The notes: a model not told the origin generated them from the sequence alone. 64,000 nt of DNA from Eledone cirrhosa (GCA_964016885.1 OZ024752.1:49228001-49292000), one strand, 5' to 3'; counted from the first letter of the stretch, positions 1 to 12,331 are shown. A program made the numbers and translations.

Positions 1-374
1 GGCCTGCTATTGATACTGCTAATAACATTACAAAACATTATAAATTGCTCGGACAAATATAATGTCTTAACCGTGTATACACAATCATATAAATTCATAA
101 ATAAAAATAAAGGGAAAAAAAACAAGGAAAATAAGGGAGTGGGGAAACTCCCCTTTGTTTGATAATGTTTTATCCCGTTTATTTTTATTTTTCTATTTTT
201 AATGTTTTAATATTAACTTTTCTATCTAACTAGTTTTGTATTTGCTTTGTTTCTGTTCAATAAAAAAAAAAAAAATGAAAATTGTCGATCGACTTTCGTC
301 AAATCGGACCGAGGAAACAATGTTTCCGTTTGTCTTTCCAATTGCTAGTACTATCTATCGGTCGCAACTCCAGG

Positions 375-498
375 TAGAAGGAACAACGTGAAATAAAGTG
401 TCTTGCTCAAGGACATAACACATCGCCCGGTCCAGGAATCGAACTGACAACCTCACGAGTGCGAATCCAGTTCTCTAACCACTCAGCCACACACCTTC
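375..498 (-). mobile_element. tRNA-derived SINE, family 2 (CCTTGAGCAAGACAC central domain)
   Basis: Minus strand reads gtggctgagtggttag (A box) ... agttcgattcc (B box) ... gtccttgagcaagacactttatttcac; related copies near 18500-18700 and 58030-58163. Confidence 0.75.
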
Positions 499-544
499 TG
501 TTCGATAATGTCAATAAACACTAAACTTTTGGGGGTCAGAATGA

Positions 545-727
545 GAGAAAGCACGCCATTAGGGTCGGACGCCATTCTTTGCAGCAAAGAGTTACGGCCC
601 TTTATGGTCTGAGTTCAAATCCCGCCGAGGTTAACTTTGCCTTTCCTCCTTACGGGGGTCGTTAAAATAAAGTACCAGTAATACACTGGGGTAATTTGCT
701 GGCCTTGTGCCAAAAGTAGAAACTATT
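545..727 (+). mobile_element. tRNA-derived SINE, family 1 (octopod-type)
   Basis: gagttcaaatcccgccgaggttaactttgcctttc...aaaataaagtaccagtaatacactggg...ggccttgtgccaaaagtagaaac, repeated more than 15 times in the window. Confidence 0.85.
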
Positions 728-904
728 TCCAGCGAACCGCCTGAAAACAGGTGGAATTTATATAATGTATTACCTGAAGAATACAGGTAAGTCTTCTCTA
801 TTATTCTCAGACTACAAAGAAATTACTCAGGTAATTGTTTAATACTGTTTTTTCTTTCTTTCTTCTATAACATTTTATCGCCTTCAATAATATTAGTATT
901 ATTG

Positions 905-947
<43 letters not shown>

Positions 948-950
<3 letters not shown>

Positions 951-1088
951 ATTCCGGGTTGAATCGGAGGTAACCACAGTAAGTAAGGTACTCAATACAT
1001 TGCAGAGTATAAAAGTTTTAATATAGATGAGATTCTACAGGACTAGAACTGTTTCATTCTTTAGAAATCATCAGGAATCTGGGTATCA
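948..1088 (-). mobile_element. TA-embedded Penelope-like element end, family A
   Basis: Flanked by (TA)n; near-identical to 39714-39916, 41079-41258, 58868-58990 and 59033-59227; contains a hammerhead. Confidence 0.7.
1031..1079 (-). ncRNA. Type I hammerhead ribozyme (family A)
   Basis: Minus strand: gattc-CTGATGA-t(ttct aa agaa)t-GAAA-cag ttctagtc ctg-TA-gaatc; all three stems pair and the core is intact. Confidence 0.85.
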
Positions 1089-1394
1089 AAAAAAATATAT
1101 ATATCTACACACACATATGTGTGTGTGTGTGTAATATTTATTTGTGTATGTATGTATATAATATATATCTATTTGTGTATGTATATGTATAATATATATC
1201 TGTGTATGTATGTATGTGTATAATATATCTATCTATGTGTGTATGTATGTATGTGTATAATATATATATCTAAAATATATATATCTATGTGTGTATGTAT
1301 GTAATATATATCTATGTATGTATGTGATTAATATGTATGTATGTGTAAAATATGTATACAAAAATAATTATAATAAACGTAACATTATATTAAT

Positions 1395-1583
1395 AATTGT
1401 TTCTACTTTAGGCACAAGGCCAGCAATTACCCAGTGCATTACTGGTACTTTATTTTATCGACCCCGTAAGGATGAAAGGCAAAGTCAACTTCGGCGGGAT
1501 TTGAACTCAGATGGTAAAGGGCCGTAACTCTATGCTTCAAAGCATGGCGTCTGACACTCTACCGATTCTGCCCATCCACCGCC
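1395..1583 (-). mobile_element. SINE family 1, full length
   Basis: Reverse complement of the 3231-3416 copy, including A and B boxes. Confidence 0.85.
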
Positions 1584-1695
1584 CGAGGATATTTGGTGCA
1601 TCGGCCGGTAAATACAATAATATAAGTATATATTAATGACTCATATATAGCACGGTTGATTAATATCAGTGGTTAAAGTCTTCTCCCCCCCCCCC

Positions 1696-2010
<315 letters not shown>

Positions 2011-2032
2011 TATATATATATATATATATATA

Positions 2033-2243
2033 TGCAAAGTTTTATTTAAATTGTTGGGTTACAACGAGTAAATATTTATAACTGATATAAAAGCACTCAA
2101 CAAGTATTTGGAGTATATTTACGATATTAAATAAATGGAAACTATATTTATAAAACCATATTTATTTCATTATATATATTTCTGGGATATCATATTAAAA
2201 ATATGGTATGCCTTCTTCAGACAAAATACAATATAAACAGTCT
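2033..2243 (-). mobile_element. TA-embedded Penelope-like element end, family C
   Basis: Homologous to the arms of 3631-4871 and to the fragment 39203-39252; bounded by (TA)n. Confidence 0.65.
2163..2228 (-). ncRNA. Minimal hammerhead ribozyme (family C)
   Basis: Minus strand: tattttgt-CTGAAGA-a ggcataccatatt ttt aatatgatatccc a-GAAA-tatata-TA-atgaaata; palindromic stem III. Confidence 0.7.
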
Positions 2244-2299
2244 TATATATATATATATAGGGAGGGCTATATATATATATATATTATATTAGGAGACGG

Positions 2300-2347
<48 letters not shown>

Positions 2348-2444
2348 CCGTCTCCAAATATAATATATATATATATATATATTATATTTGGAGACGGTCA
2401 TATATATATATTCGCTAATTTTACTCTCACATATTATTGTCTCC

Positions 2445-2495
<51 letters not shown>

Positions 2496-2524
2496 GTCAC
2501 TATATATAAATATATATATATTCG

Positions 2525-2572
<48 letters not shown>

Positions 2573-2643
2573 GCTAATTTTACTCTCACAAATTTTTATT
2601 TCCATAATATATATATTTATATAAATATATATTGTGTGAATGA

Positions 2644-2693
<50 letters not shown>

Positions 2694-2921
2694 AACACGC
2701 ATGTATGTATATAAATAAATAGAAGAACGTTAGGTAAAGAAACAGCATGGTGCTTGTTGACAAATATTCGAAAATATTAAAAAAAAAAAAAAAAAAAAGC
2801 ACGAGCGAAAGACAGGCAAATATAATTGAATTTTTTTGCCATGAAATAATCAGCGTAGATAGAAAGAAAGTTTGAAAACATCTAGAGGAATAGAATAGGA
2901 TAAGTTTTCAGTGAAACTTAC

Positions 2922-3002
2922 CGGCCGTTTGGTGCCTTTATTCCGTGTAAACAATGGCACGCCTCCACAGGTTGTCAAGCACATTAAATTACAAGCCGCC
3001 AT
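2922..3002 (-). CDS. FUZ: Fuzzy planar cell polarity effector (CPLANE subunit), first coding exon
   Basis: Kozak context aaccATGG; 27 codons MAACNLMCLTTCGGVPLFTRNKGTKRP followed by a phase-0 GTAAGT donor (2921-2916); resembles the vertebrate FUZ N-terminus HLLCLAASSGVPLFCRS as recalled. I did not find exon 2 in 1-2900. Confidence 0.8.
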
Positions 3003-3125
3003 GGTTGTTAAGTCAAGCTAAAACATGACGCATGCGCACTGACACCACAACAACCGGCTTGTTTTTAATAAGTTGTTAGATAACTTTCTCTTGACAACGC
3101 GCACCTTGTTTCGTCTCGCTCTCTT
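3003..3125 (-). promoter_or_regulatory. Putative fuzzy promoter / 5' UTR
   Basis: Locally CpG-rich; NRF1-type palindrome cgcatgcgca at 3029-3038; degenerate RFX X-box-like gttgttagataac at 3072-3084. Confidence 0.5.
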
Positions 3126-3230
3126 TCTTTCTCTCACACCAGCCTTCCCATATCATTAAAACATGTGTAGGGGAGTTTCTTTCTAGTTTTTTTTTTGTTT
3201 GTTTTGTTTTTATTATTATTTAGTTATTAA

Positions 3231-3416
3231 AGGCGGTGGATTGGCAGTATCGGTAGAGGGTCGGATGCCATGCTTTCCAGCATAGTTACGTCCCTTAACG
3301 ATCTGAGTTCAAATCCCGCTGAGGTTGACTTTGCCTTTCATCCTTACGGGGTCGATAAAATAAAGTACCAGTAATACACTGGATAATTGCTGGCCTTGTG
3401 CCAAAAAGTAGAAACG
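3231..3416 (+). mobile_element. SINE family 1, full length, with target-site duplication
   Basis: A box tggcagtatcgg, B box gagttcaaatccc; attattatttagttattaa duplicated at 3212-3230 and 3417-3435. Confidence 0.9.
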
Positions 3417-3579
3417 ATTATTATTTAGTTATTAATTTATTTGTTCATATATAACATTTTTTTTTGTTAAATTTATTTTTGAAATTGTCACAAAATTTTT
3501 ATTTTTTAAAAGTGATTTTTTTTAAGGTCCTCCCTTAAATTGTTTTTCTTCGTTGTCCTCTTTGTTATCTCTCTCCTTT

Positions 3580-3631
<52 letters not shown>

Positions 3632-3673
3632 ATGATATTAAATAAATGAAAACTATATTTATAAAACCATATT

Positions 3674-3734
3674 TATTCTATTATATATATTTCAAGGGTT
3701 CCAAAACTTTGGAACGCTCTCATCAGATAAAATA
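3674..3734 (-). ncRNA. Minimal hammerhead ribozyme (family C)
   Basis: Minus strand: tattttat-CTGATGA-gagcgttccaaagttttggaaccctt-GAAA-tatata-TA-atagaata. Confidence 0.8.
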
Positions 3735-4767
3735 CAAAGTTTGTTTTATAAATTTTGACATAACCAAGAAAAAATACCTTAACGGTTCAAGTTTTTCCTG
3801 GATAGTGAATGAAAAGAGAAGAAAAGTCAGATATTTCAAATTATTAAGATGAGTATGCAAATGAGGTTGAGGTATAGGGCTGAAAAAACGTTATTTTTAG
3901 ACGCTATGCAGAATTTAAATAATTAGGATATATGTATGAGTAGGAAGAAGAAAGAAAGATGAGCTTGTTTTTTACGTTAATTTAAAAGGAATTAACAATT
4001 TGCAGGAATGGTGGAATATGATTCCAGAATTTAAAATTTATTTAGCCATATTATGAGTTATAATATTGTATATATAATCAATTAAATTATATGAAGAATT
4101 ATGGTTGTAAGTAGATTTTATCTTATTACATTACAACAGGTTGTAAGTATATAAATATCTATATAGATTAATAATATTTGAATCTATAAATATTTGAATC
4201 TATAAATTGTTCGCCTCTTACAACTTGAACTACGTGTTTTTTTTAATGTAAAATTCAGAATCAACATCCTTCGTAATTCATATGAGAAATGTAAACAACT
4301 AATAATTGTAACTTATTTTTATAATACTTATACATGCACAATTATTAATCTATATAGATATTTATATACTTACAACCCGTTGTAATGTAATAAGATAAAA
4401 TCTACTTACAACCATAATTCTTCATATAATTTAATTGATTATATATACAATATTATAACTCATAATATGGCTAAATAAATTTTAAACTCTGAAATCATAT
4501 TCCACCATTCCTGCAAATTGTTAATTCATTTTAAATTAACGTAAATACAAGCTCTTTCTTTTTTTTTCTTCTTCCTACTCATACATATATCCTAATTATT
4601 TAAATTCTGCATAGCGTCTAAAAATAACCTTTTCAGCCCTATACCTCAACCTCATTTGCATACTCATCTTAATAATTTGAAATATCTTACTTTTCTTTTC
4701 CAGGAAAAACTTCAACCGTTTAAGTTATTTTTTCTAAGTTATGTCAATATTTATAAAGCAAACTTTG

Positions 4768-4828
4768 TATTTTATCTGATGAGAGCGTACTAAAGTTTTG
4801 GTACCCTTGAAATATATATAATAGAATA
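4768..4828 (+). ncRNA. Minimal hammerhead ribozyme (family C)
   Basis: tattttat-CTGATGA-gagcgtactaaagttttggtaccctt-GAAA-tatata-TA-atagaata. Confidence 0.8.
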
Positions 4829-4880
4829 AATATGGTTTTATAAATATAGTTTCCATTTATTTAATATCATTGAATATTGA

Positions 4881-5030
4881 ATAGCCCCCTAGATTAACCC
4901 TACAATGTATACCTGGGTATTTAGCCCCCTAGATTAGCCCTACAATGTATACCTGGGTATTTAGCACTCTAGACTAGCCCTACAATGTGTCCCTTGGTAC
5001 TTAGCACCTTAGGCTAGTCCTACAATGCAA
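4881..5030. repeat. 40-bp minisatellite, ~4 decaying copies
   Basis: ttagccccctagattagccctacaatgtatacctgggtat at 4881, 4921, 4961 and 5001. Confidence 0.85.
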
Positions 5031-5201
5031 GGCTGGTAACTGTATTTATCTCCTTAGACTATATAAATATATTCAAACATACGTACACATAAAGAAAAGC
5101 TATTTTCAGGGGGTCAAATTACTGTGTAAAGTTTCCCCCATTGACTAAGCTATCATCACATACATTTGAACCTGGAACGATGTAGTTACGAAGTGAACTT
5201 C

Positions 5202-7376
5202 TTAACCCTTTAGCGTTTAAACCGGCCGTATCCGGCCAGAATTTTCTCACCTCTTTCTGTTCAAACTGGCTGTAACTGGTCACTCATACTGATGTTAAGG
5301 TATTGTTCTCAAAATAAATAATATCAAAATCTCATAGATTCGATATTATGTGAGGTAATTATGTAAGATAAAGCCTTTACTGTGAAAATACAATAGTATA
5401 TATAGAGTAATGTAAATGTTATGTGAGATATTATGTGAGGTAAAGCCTTACTATGAAAATACAATAGTATATATAGAGTAATGTAAATGTTATGTGAGGT
5501 AATTATGTAAGATAAAGCCTTTACTGTGAAAATACAATAGTATATATAGAGTAATGTAAATGTTATGTGAGGTAATTATGTAAGATAAAGCCTTTACTGT
5601 GAAAATACAATAGTATATATAGAGTAATGTAAATATAATGTGAGATATTATGTGAGGTAAAGCCTTTACTATGAAAATACAATAGTATATATAGAGTAAT
5701 GTAAATATAATGTGAGATATTATGTGAGGTAAAGCCTTTACTGTGACAATACAACAGTATATATAGAGTAATGTAAATATAATGTGAGATATTATGTGAG
5801 GTAAGGCCTTTACTGTGAAAATACAATAGTATATATAGAGTAATGTAAATATAATGTGAGATATTATGTGAGATAAAGCCTTTACTGTGAAAATACAATA
5901 GTATATATAGAGTAATGTAAATATAATGTGAGATATTATGTGAGGTAAAGCCTTTACTATGAAAATACAATAGTATATATAGAGTAATGTAAATATAATG
6001 TGAGATATTATGTGAGGTAAAGCCTTTACTGTGAAAATGCAATAGTATATATAGAGTAATGTAAATGTTATGTGAGATATTATGTGAGGTAAAGCCTTTA
6101 CCACAAAAATACAATATTATATATAGAGTAATGTAAATGTTATGTGAGATATTATGTGAGATAAAGCCTTTACTGTGAAAATACAATAGTAAATATAGAG
6201 TAATGTAAATATAATGTGAGATATTATGTGAGGTAAGGCCTTTACTGTGAAAATACAATAGTATATATAGAGTAATGTAAATATAATGTGAGATATTATG
6301 TGAGGTAAAGCCTTTACTATGAAAATATAATAGTATATATAGAGTAATGTAAATGTTATGTGAGATATTATGTGAGGTAAGGCCTTTACTGTGAAAATAC
6401 AATAGTATATATAGAGTAATGTAAATATAATGTGAGATATTATGTGAGGTAAGTGCCTTTACTGTGAAAATACAATAGTATATATAGAGTAATGTAAATA
6501 TAATGTGAGATATTATGTGAGGTAAAGCCTTTACTATGAAAATACAATAGTATATATAGAGTAATGTAAATGTTATGTGAGATATTATGTGAGGTAAGGC
6601 CTTTACTGTGAAAATACAATAGTATATATAGAGTAATGTAAATATAATGTGAGATATTATGTGAGGTAAGGCCTTTACTGTGAAAATACAATAGTATATA
6701 TAGAGTAATGTAAATATAATGTGAGATATTATGTGAGGTAAGGCCTTTACTGTGAAAATACAATAGTATATATAGAGTAATGTAAATATAATGTGAGATA
6801 TTATGTGAGGTAAGGCCTTTACTGTGAAAATACAATAGTATATATAGAGTAATGTAAATATAATGTGAGATATTATGTGAGGTAAAGCCTTTACTATGAA
6901 AATACAATAGTATATATAGAGTAATGTAAATATAATGTGAGATATTATGTGAGGTAAGGCCTTTACTGTGAAAATACAATAGTATATATAGAGTAATGTA
7001 AATATAATGTGAGATATTATGTGAGGTAAAGCCTTTACTGTGAAAATACAATAGTATATATAGAGTAATGTAAATATAATGTGAGATATTATGTGAGATA
7101 AAGCCTTTACTGTGAAAATACAATAGTGTATATAGAGTAATGTAAATATAATGTGAGATATTATGTGAGGTAAAGCCTTTACTGTGAAAATACAATAGTA
7201 TATATAGAGTAATGTAAATATAATGTGAGATATTATGTGAGGTAAAGCCTTTACTATGAAAATACAATAGTATATATAGAGTAATGTAAATATAATGTGA
7301 GATATTATGTGAGGTAAAGCCTTTACTATGAAAATACAATAGTATATATAGAGTAATGTAAATGCTAAAGGCTTAA
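5202..7376. mobile_element. piggyBac-like (TTAA) MITE carrying the 72-bp array
   Basis: TTAA-ccctttagcgttt at the left and aaatgctaaaggc-TTAA at the right are inverted termini; the same terminus recurs at ~20575-20607. Confidence 0.6.
5345..7363. repeat. 72-bp tandem repeat, ~28 copies
   Basis: Unit tgagatattatgtgaggtaaagcctttactgtgaaaatacaatagtatatatagagtaatgtaaatataatg; same phase at 5641, 6001 and 6361 (5 x 72). Confidence 0.95.
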
Positions 7377-7833
7377 ACTGGCCGTATCTGGCCAGGATTC
7401 TCGCAATTCAGTTAACTGCTCTTTCTAGCATGTCGATTGACCATATATATGCTTCCTTTGTGACTCTTGCATTTTATTTTGTTATATACCTGTAATTTGG
7501 TGCAAAATAATTAAATATAGATTTTAGATTTACAATGTAAAATTAATGAGCATTTAAAATTCTTTGCTTTCTAACAGTGGTAAAGTTCTCGGCTACGGAT
7601 TGAGATCTTATTTCGGGGTCCTAAATCAGGGGTTTTCGGAGAAACTGATCTCCAATGTTTAATCCGCTTAACACCAAACAGAACTGGAATTAAATGGTGA
7701 CTCACTATAGTTAGTTCACAAAATCTTGGCGAAAGGATTAACACAAAAGTATCTATCAAATATTTATATGTCAGAATATTTACCACAATAAAGATAAATA
7801 GATAGATTATAGTACAATAATAATAATTATATA

Positions 7834-8192
7834 CCATATTTCCTGGCGCTGAAGACACTTTGTCCTCGAGGATGCACCCTAATTTTGACAACCAAAAATT
7901 TGTAAAAAAATAATTGTTTCTACGTTAGGCACAAGGCCAGCAATTAAGTATTACTGGTACTTTATTTTATTGACCCCGTAAGGATGAAAGGCAAAGTTAA
8001 CCTCGGCGGGATTTGAACTCAGAATGGCAAGGGCCGTAACTCTATGCGTCAAAGCATGGCATCCAACACTCTACCGATACTGCCAATCCACCGCCTATAT
8101 GTAAAAAAATAATAAATCCTCCAGGATGCAATGGTAGATTTTTGAGACTTATTTTAGGGAAAAAGTAGAGTCTTTGCTGCCGGGAAATATGG
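7834..8192. mobile_element. pogo/Tc2-type MITE with a nested SINE
   Basis: Termini ta-ccatatttcctggc ... gccgggaaatatgg; minus-strand SINE at 7911-8095 with tgtaaaaaaataat on both sides. Confidence 0.7.
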
Positions 8193-8204
8193 TGATACTT
8201 ATAT

Positions 8205-8400
8205 CACCATCCTCATCATCATCGTTTAATGTCCATCTTCCATGCTACCATGGGTTAGACGGTTTTGTTCCATTTGATGCAGGATTGGTCGGGAGACCGT
8301 GTCTCGCTCGTACGGAAGTGTCTCTGGCAGGTTTTCTACGGCTGGATGCCCTTCCTAACACCAACCACTTTTACAGTGTGGACTGGGAGCCTTTTTACTG
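8205..8400 (-). mobile_element. SINE/LINE-tail repeat with (GAT)n end, family 3
   Basis: catcatcatcgtttaatgtcc...catgggttagacgg...tttctacggctggatgcccttcctaa; related segments at 15345-15428 and 38360-38500. Confidence 0.6.
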
Positions 8401-10361
8401 TGTCTCCTAAACGACCACTTTACAGTGTGGACTGGGAGCCTTTTTACTGTGTCTCCTAAACGACCACTTTACAGTGTGGACTGGGAGCCTTTTTACTGTG
8501 TCTCCTAAACGACCACTTTACAGTGTGGACTGGGAGCCTTTTTACTGTGTCTCCTAAACGACCACTTTACAGTGTGGACTGGGAGCCTTTTTACCATGTC
8601 TCCTAAACGACCACTTTACAGTGTGGACTGGGAGCCTTTTTACCGTGTCTCCTAAATGACCACCTTACAGTGTGGACTGGGAGCCTTTTTACCATGTCTT
8701 CTAAACGACCACCTTACAGTGTGGACTGGGAGCCTTTTTTACCGTGTCTCCTAAACGACCACTTCACAGTGTGAACTGGGAGCCTTTTTGCCGTGTATTC
8801 TAAATGACCACTTTACAGTGTGGATTGGGAGCCTTTTTACCGTGTCTCCTAAATGACCACCTTACAGTGTGAACTGGGAGCCTTTTTACCGTGTCTCCTA
8901 AATGACCACTTTACAGTGTGGACTGGGATCCTTTTTACCGTGTCTCCTAAATGACCACCTTACAGTGTGGACTGGGAGCCTTTTTACCGTGTCTCCTAAA
9001 TGACCACTTTACAGTGTGAACTGGGAGCCTTTTTACCATGTCTCCTAAACGACCACTTTACAGTGTGGACTGGGAGCCTTTTTACCGTGTCTCCTAAATG
9101 ACCACCTTACAGTGTGGACTGGGAGCCTTTTTACCGTGTCTTCTAAACGACCACCTTACAGTGTGGACTGGGAGCCTTTTTTACCGTGTCTCCTAAACGA
9201 CCACTTCACAGTGTGGACTGGGAGCCTTTTTGCCGTGTATTCTAAATGACCACTTTACAGTGTGGACTGGGAGCCTTTTTACCGTGTCTCCTAAATGACC
9301 ACCTTACAGTGTGAACTGGGAGCCTTTTTACCGTGTATCCTAAACGACCACCTTACAGTGTGGACTGGGAGCCTTTTTACCGTGTCTCCTAAATGACCAC
9401 TTTACAGTGTGAACTGGGAGCCTTTTTACCATGTCTCCTAAACGACCACTTTACAGTGTGGACTGGGAGCCTTTTTACCGTGTCTCCTAAATGACCACCT
9501 TACAGTGTGGACTGGGAGCCTTTTTACCGTGTCTCCTAAATGACCACCTTACAGTGTGGACTGGGAGCCTTTTTACCGTGTATTCTAAATGACCACTTTA
9601 CAGTGTGGACTGGGAGCCTTTTTACCGTGTCTCCTAAACAACCACTTTACAGTGTGGACTGGGAGCCTTTTTACTGTGTCTCCTAAACGACCACTTTACA
9701 GTGTGGACTGGGAGCCTTTTTACCGTGTCTCCTAAATGACCACCTTACAGTGTGGACTGGGAGCCTTTTTACCGTGTCTCCTAAATGACCACCTTACAGT
9801 GTGGACTGGGAGCCTTTTTACCGTGTCTCCTAAATGACCACCTTACAGTGTGGACTGGGAGCCTTTTTACCGTGTCTCCTAAATGACCACCTTACAGTGT
9901 GGACTGGGGGCCTTTTTACCGTGTCTCCTAAATGACCACCTTACAGTGTGGGCTGGGGGCCTTTTTACCGTGTCTCCTAAATGACCATCTTACAGTGTGG
10001 GCTGGGGGCCTTTTTACCGTGTCTCCTAAATGACCACCTTACAGTGTGGACTGGGAGCCTTTTTACCGTGTCTCCTAAATGACCACCTTACAGTGTGGAC
10101 TGGGAGCCTTTTTACCGTGTCTCCTAAATGACCACCTTACAGTGTGGACTGGGAGCCTTTTTACCGTGTCTCCTAAATGACCACCTTACAGTGTGGACTG
10201 GGAGCCTTTTTACCGTGTCTCCTAAATGACCACCTTACAGTGTGGACTGGGAGCCTTTTTACCGTGTCTCCTAAATGACCACCTTACAGTGTGGACTGGG
10301 AGCCTTTTTACCGTGTCTCCTAAATGACCACCTTACAGTGTGGACTGGGAGCCTTTTTACC
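8365..10361. repeat. 49-bp tandem repeat, ~41 copies
   Basis: Unit accactttacagtgtggactgggagcctttttaccgtgtctcctaaatg; internal 442-bp (9-unit) duplication marked by cttcac at 8762 and 9204. Confidence 0.95.
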
Positions 10362-10780
10362 TTTCTCTCCGGCCAACAACTGATTCTTTTTTTCAAATAC
10401 CACTTTGGAAGAAGAGTGAGAACGGAGAGAGAGGTGCTGTACCCCAGCAAGTTTTATGAAAGGTGGGTGAAAGTGGCGAGAATGGCCCGAGTGAATGGGC
10501 CTTCTCTCTATATCAGCCTGTAGGTTGAGGAAAAAGAGGAGTAGAGGAAAGGAGTACAAACTCTTCGTACTCCTGGAGATGAGGGTTGCACATTTTTTTT
10601 TTTCGGGGGTATGTGTTACCCATATTTAATGTCTCCCCCAATTGGGGAAAATCGATTAATTTTTAAATTGCATTTGTGATAACATTTTACACATTTTTAT
10701 TGTATGTAAACTTCCCCCTTTGTATTTGTCCCCTTCTTTTGTGCCCCTGTGGCTAATAAAGAAACATATCTATCTCTCTA
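10359..10780 (+). mobile_element. LINE 3' end (Tx1/L1-like ORF2 C-terminus and 3' UTR)
   Basis: TFLSGQQLILFFKYHFGRRVRTEREVLYPSKFYERWVKVARMARVNGPSLYISL*, then a UTR ending ccctgtggctaataaagaaa-(tatc); UTR homologue at 40380-40625. Confidence 0.65.
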
Positions 10781-10859
10781 TCTCTCATATTGATCTATTT
10801 TAAAATTTAATTTTTAATTTTATAGACATCTCTTTGTTAATAGTTCAATGTTTTTCTCA

Positions 10860-11900
10860 GACTGTTTCTCTCTCTTCCCTCCTCTCTCTGTTTCTCTCTC
10901 CCTCTCTCTGTTTCTCTTTCTCCATTCTCTCTCTTTCTCCCTCTGTTTCTTTCTTTCTCTGTTTCTTTCTCTTTGTTTGTCTTTTTTACCTCTCTCTCTC
11001 TGTTTCTCTTTCTCCCTCTCTCTCTGTTTCTCTTTTTCCCTCTCCCCCCTCTCTCTGTTTGTTCTGCTCCCCTCTCTCTCTGTTCCTCCATCTCTCTCTC
11101 TCTCTCTGTTCCCTCATCTCTCTCTCTCTCTCTCTCTCTAACATTACTACCATTATTGTTATTATTCTAGACACTGTTTAGGTATTGATAAAGAAACAAA
11201 TTATAGTTGGTTCCATTGCCACATCCGCTGAGAGGAACAACAACAACAACAACAACAATAACAAGGAATAAAACAAAAACTGTATCAGTGTTGAAGAGAG
11301 GTATAGAGAAAGAGAGAGGAGGGGTGACAGAGAGAGAGAGAGAGAGAGAGGGTGACAAAGAGAAAGGGTAAAGAAAGAGAGAGAGATGGTGACAGAGAGA
11401 AAGGATAAAGAAAGAGAGAGAAAGAGGGGTGACAGAGAGAGAAAGGGTAAAGAAAGAGAGAGAGAGGGGGTGACAGAGAGAGATAGGGTAAAGTAAAAGA
11501 GAGAGAGGGGTGACAGAGAGATATGGTAAAGAAAAAGAGAGAGAGAGGGGGTGACAGAGAGAAAGGGTAAAGAAAGAGAGAGAGAGGGGTGACAGAGAGA
11601 AAGGGTAAAGAAAAAGAGAGAGAGAGGGGGTGACAGAGAGATATGGTAAAGAAAAAGAGAGAGAGAGGGGGTGACAGAGAGAAAGAGAAAGGGTGAAGGA
11701 AGAGAAAGGTGTGACAGATAGAGAGAGAGAGAGAGAAAGAAAGAGTGAACAAAAAGAGAGAGAGAGGGGGTAAAAAAGAGAGTGTGATGACAAAAAGAGA
11801 GAGAGAGAGAAGAGTGAAGAAAGAGACAGAGAAAGAGAAAGACAAAAATGAGGAGAAAAGAGAAAAATAAATGGATTAGAAAAAGAGAGAGAGAATGCAA
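10860..11900. repeat. CT/GA-rich low-complexity tracts with ~40-bp ggtgacagagaga...gggtaaagaaa units
   Basis: Direct inspection. Confidence 0.85.
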
Positions 11901-12331
11901 GAAGAAAAAGGAGGAAAAAGAAGAGAGTGATGAAATAAAAAAAATTTTTAAATTTTACAGAGGATGAAAGAAAGAGGCTGAGCATCCCTAGAAAACAAAA
12001 ACACAAACAAACAAAAACATTAAAAAACACCCATAAAAATTAAAAAAATTAAAATTACAACAGAAATAACAAAATAACAAAAACACAACAAAAAAATTAC
12101 AAAATTAACAAAAAAATAAAAATATAACAAAAAATAACAAAACTAACAAAAATATAACAAAAATGTAACAAAAAAAATAACAAAAATATAAGAAAAATAA
12201 CAAAACAGTAACAAAACAGTAACAAAAATATAACAAAAAATAATAAAATAATAATAATATTAATAATTTCATTTATTAGCCACAAGGGCCGACATGTAGG
12301 GGACTAATAATAATAATAAATAAAACAATGA

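Larger units (their letters stand above)
3631..4871. mobile_element. Large inverted repeat (~540-bp arms), family C Penelope-like remnant
   Basis: 3631-4175 is the reverse complement of 4341-4871 with scattered differences; each arm holds a hammerhead; the left end abuts (TA)n. Confidence 0.75.

Noticed and set aside
769-836. Hammerhead-like attac-CTGAAGA...GAAA...gtaat
   Set aside because: Stem III and the UH triplet do not form; at best a decayed copy
3231-3320. tRNA gene
   Set aside because: The A and B boxes are over-spaced, no cloverleaf forms, and a SINE body, tail and target duplication follow
5490-7339. 24-aa repeat ORFs
   Set aside because: Product of the 72-bp array; the frame breaks at ~6450 and there is no start or splice context
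7578-7696. Possible plus-strand exon (ctaacag ... gtgact); similar unique islands at 28110-28280, 46045-46198, 50660-50820 and 57645-57763
   Set aside because: Stops in all frames examined and no recognisable homology; cannot be supported without RNA data
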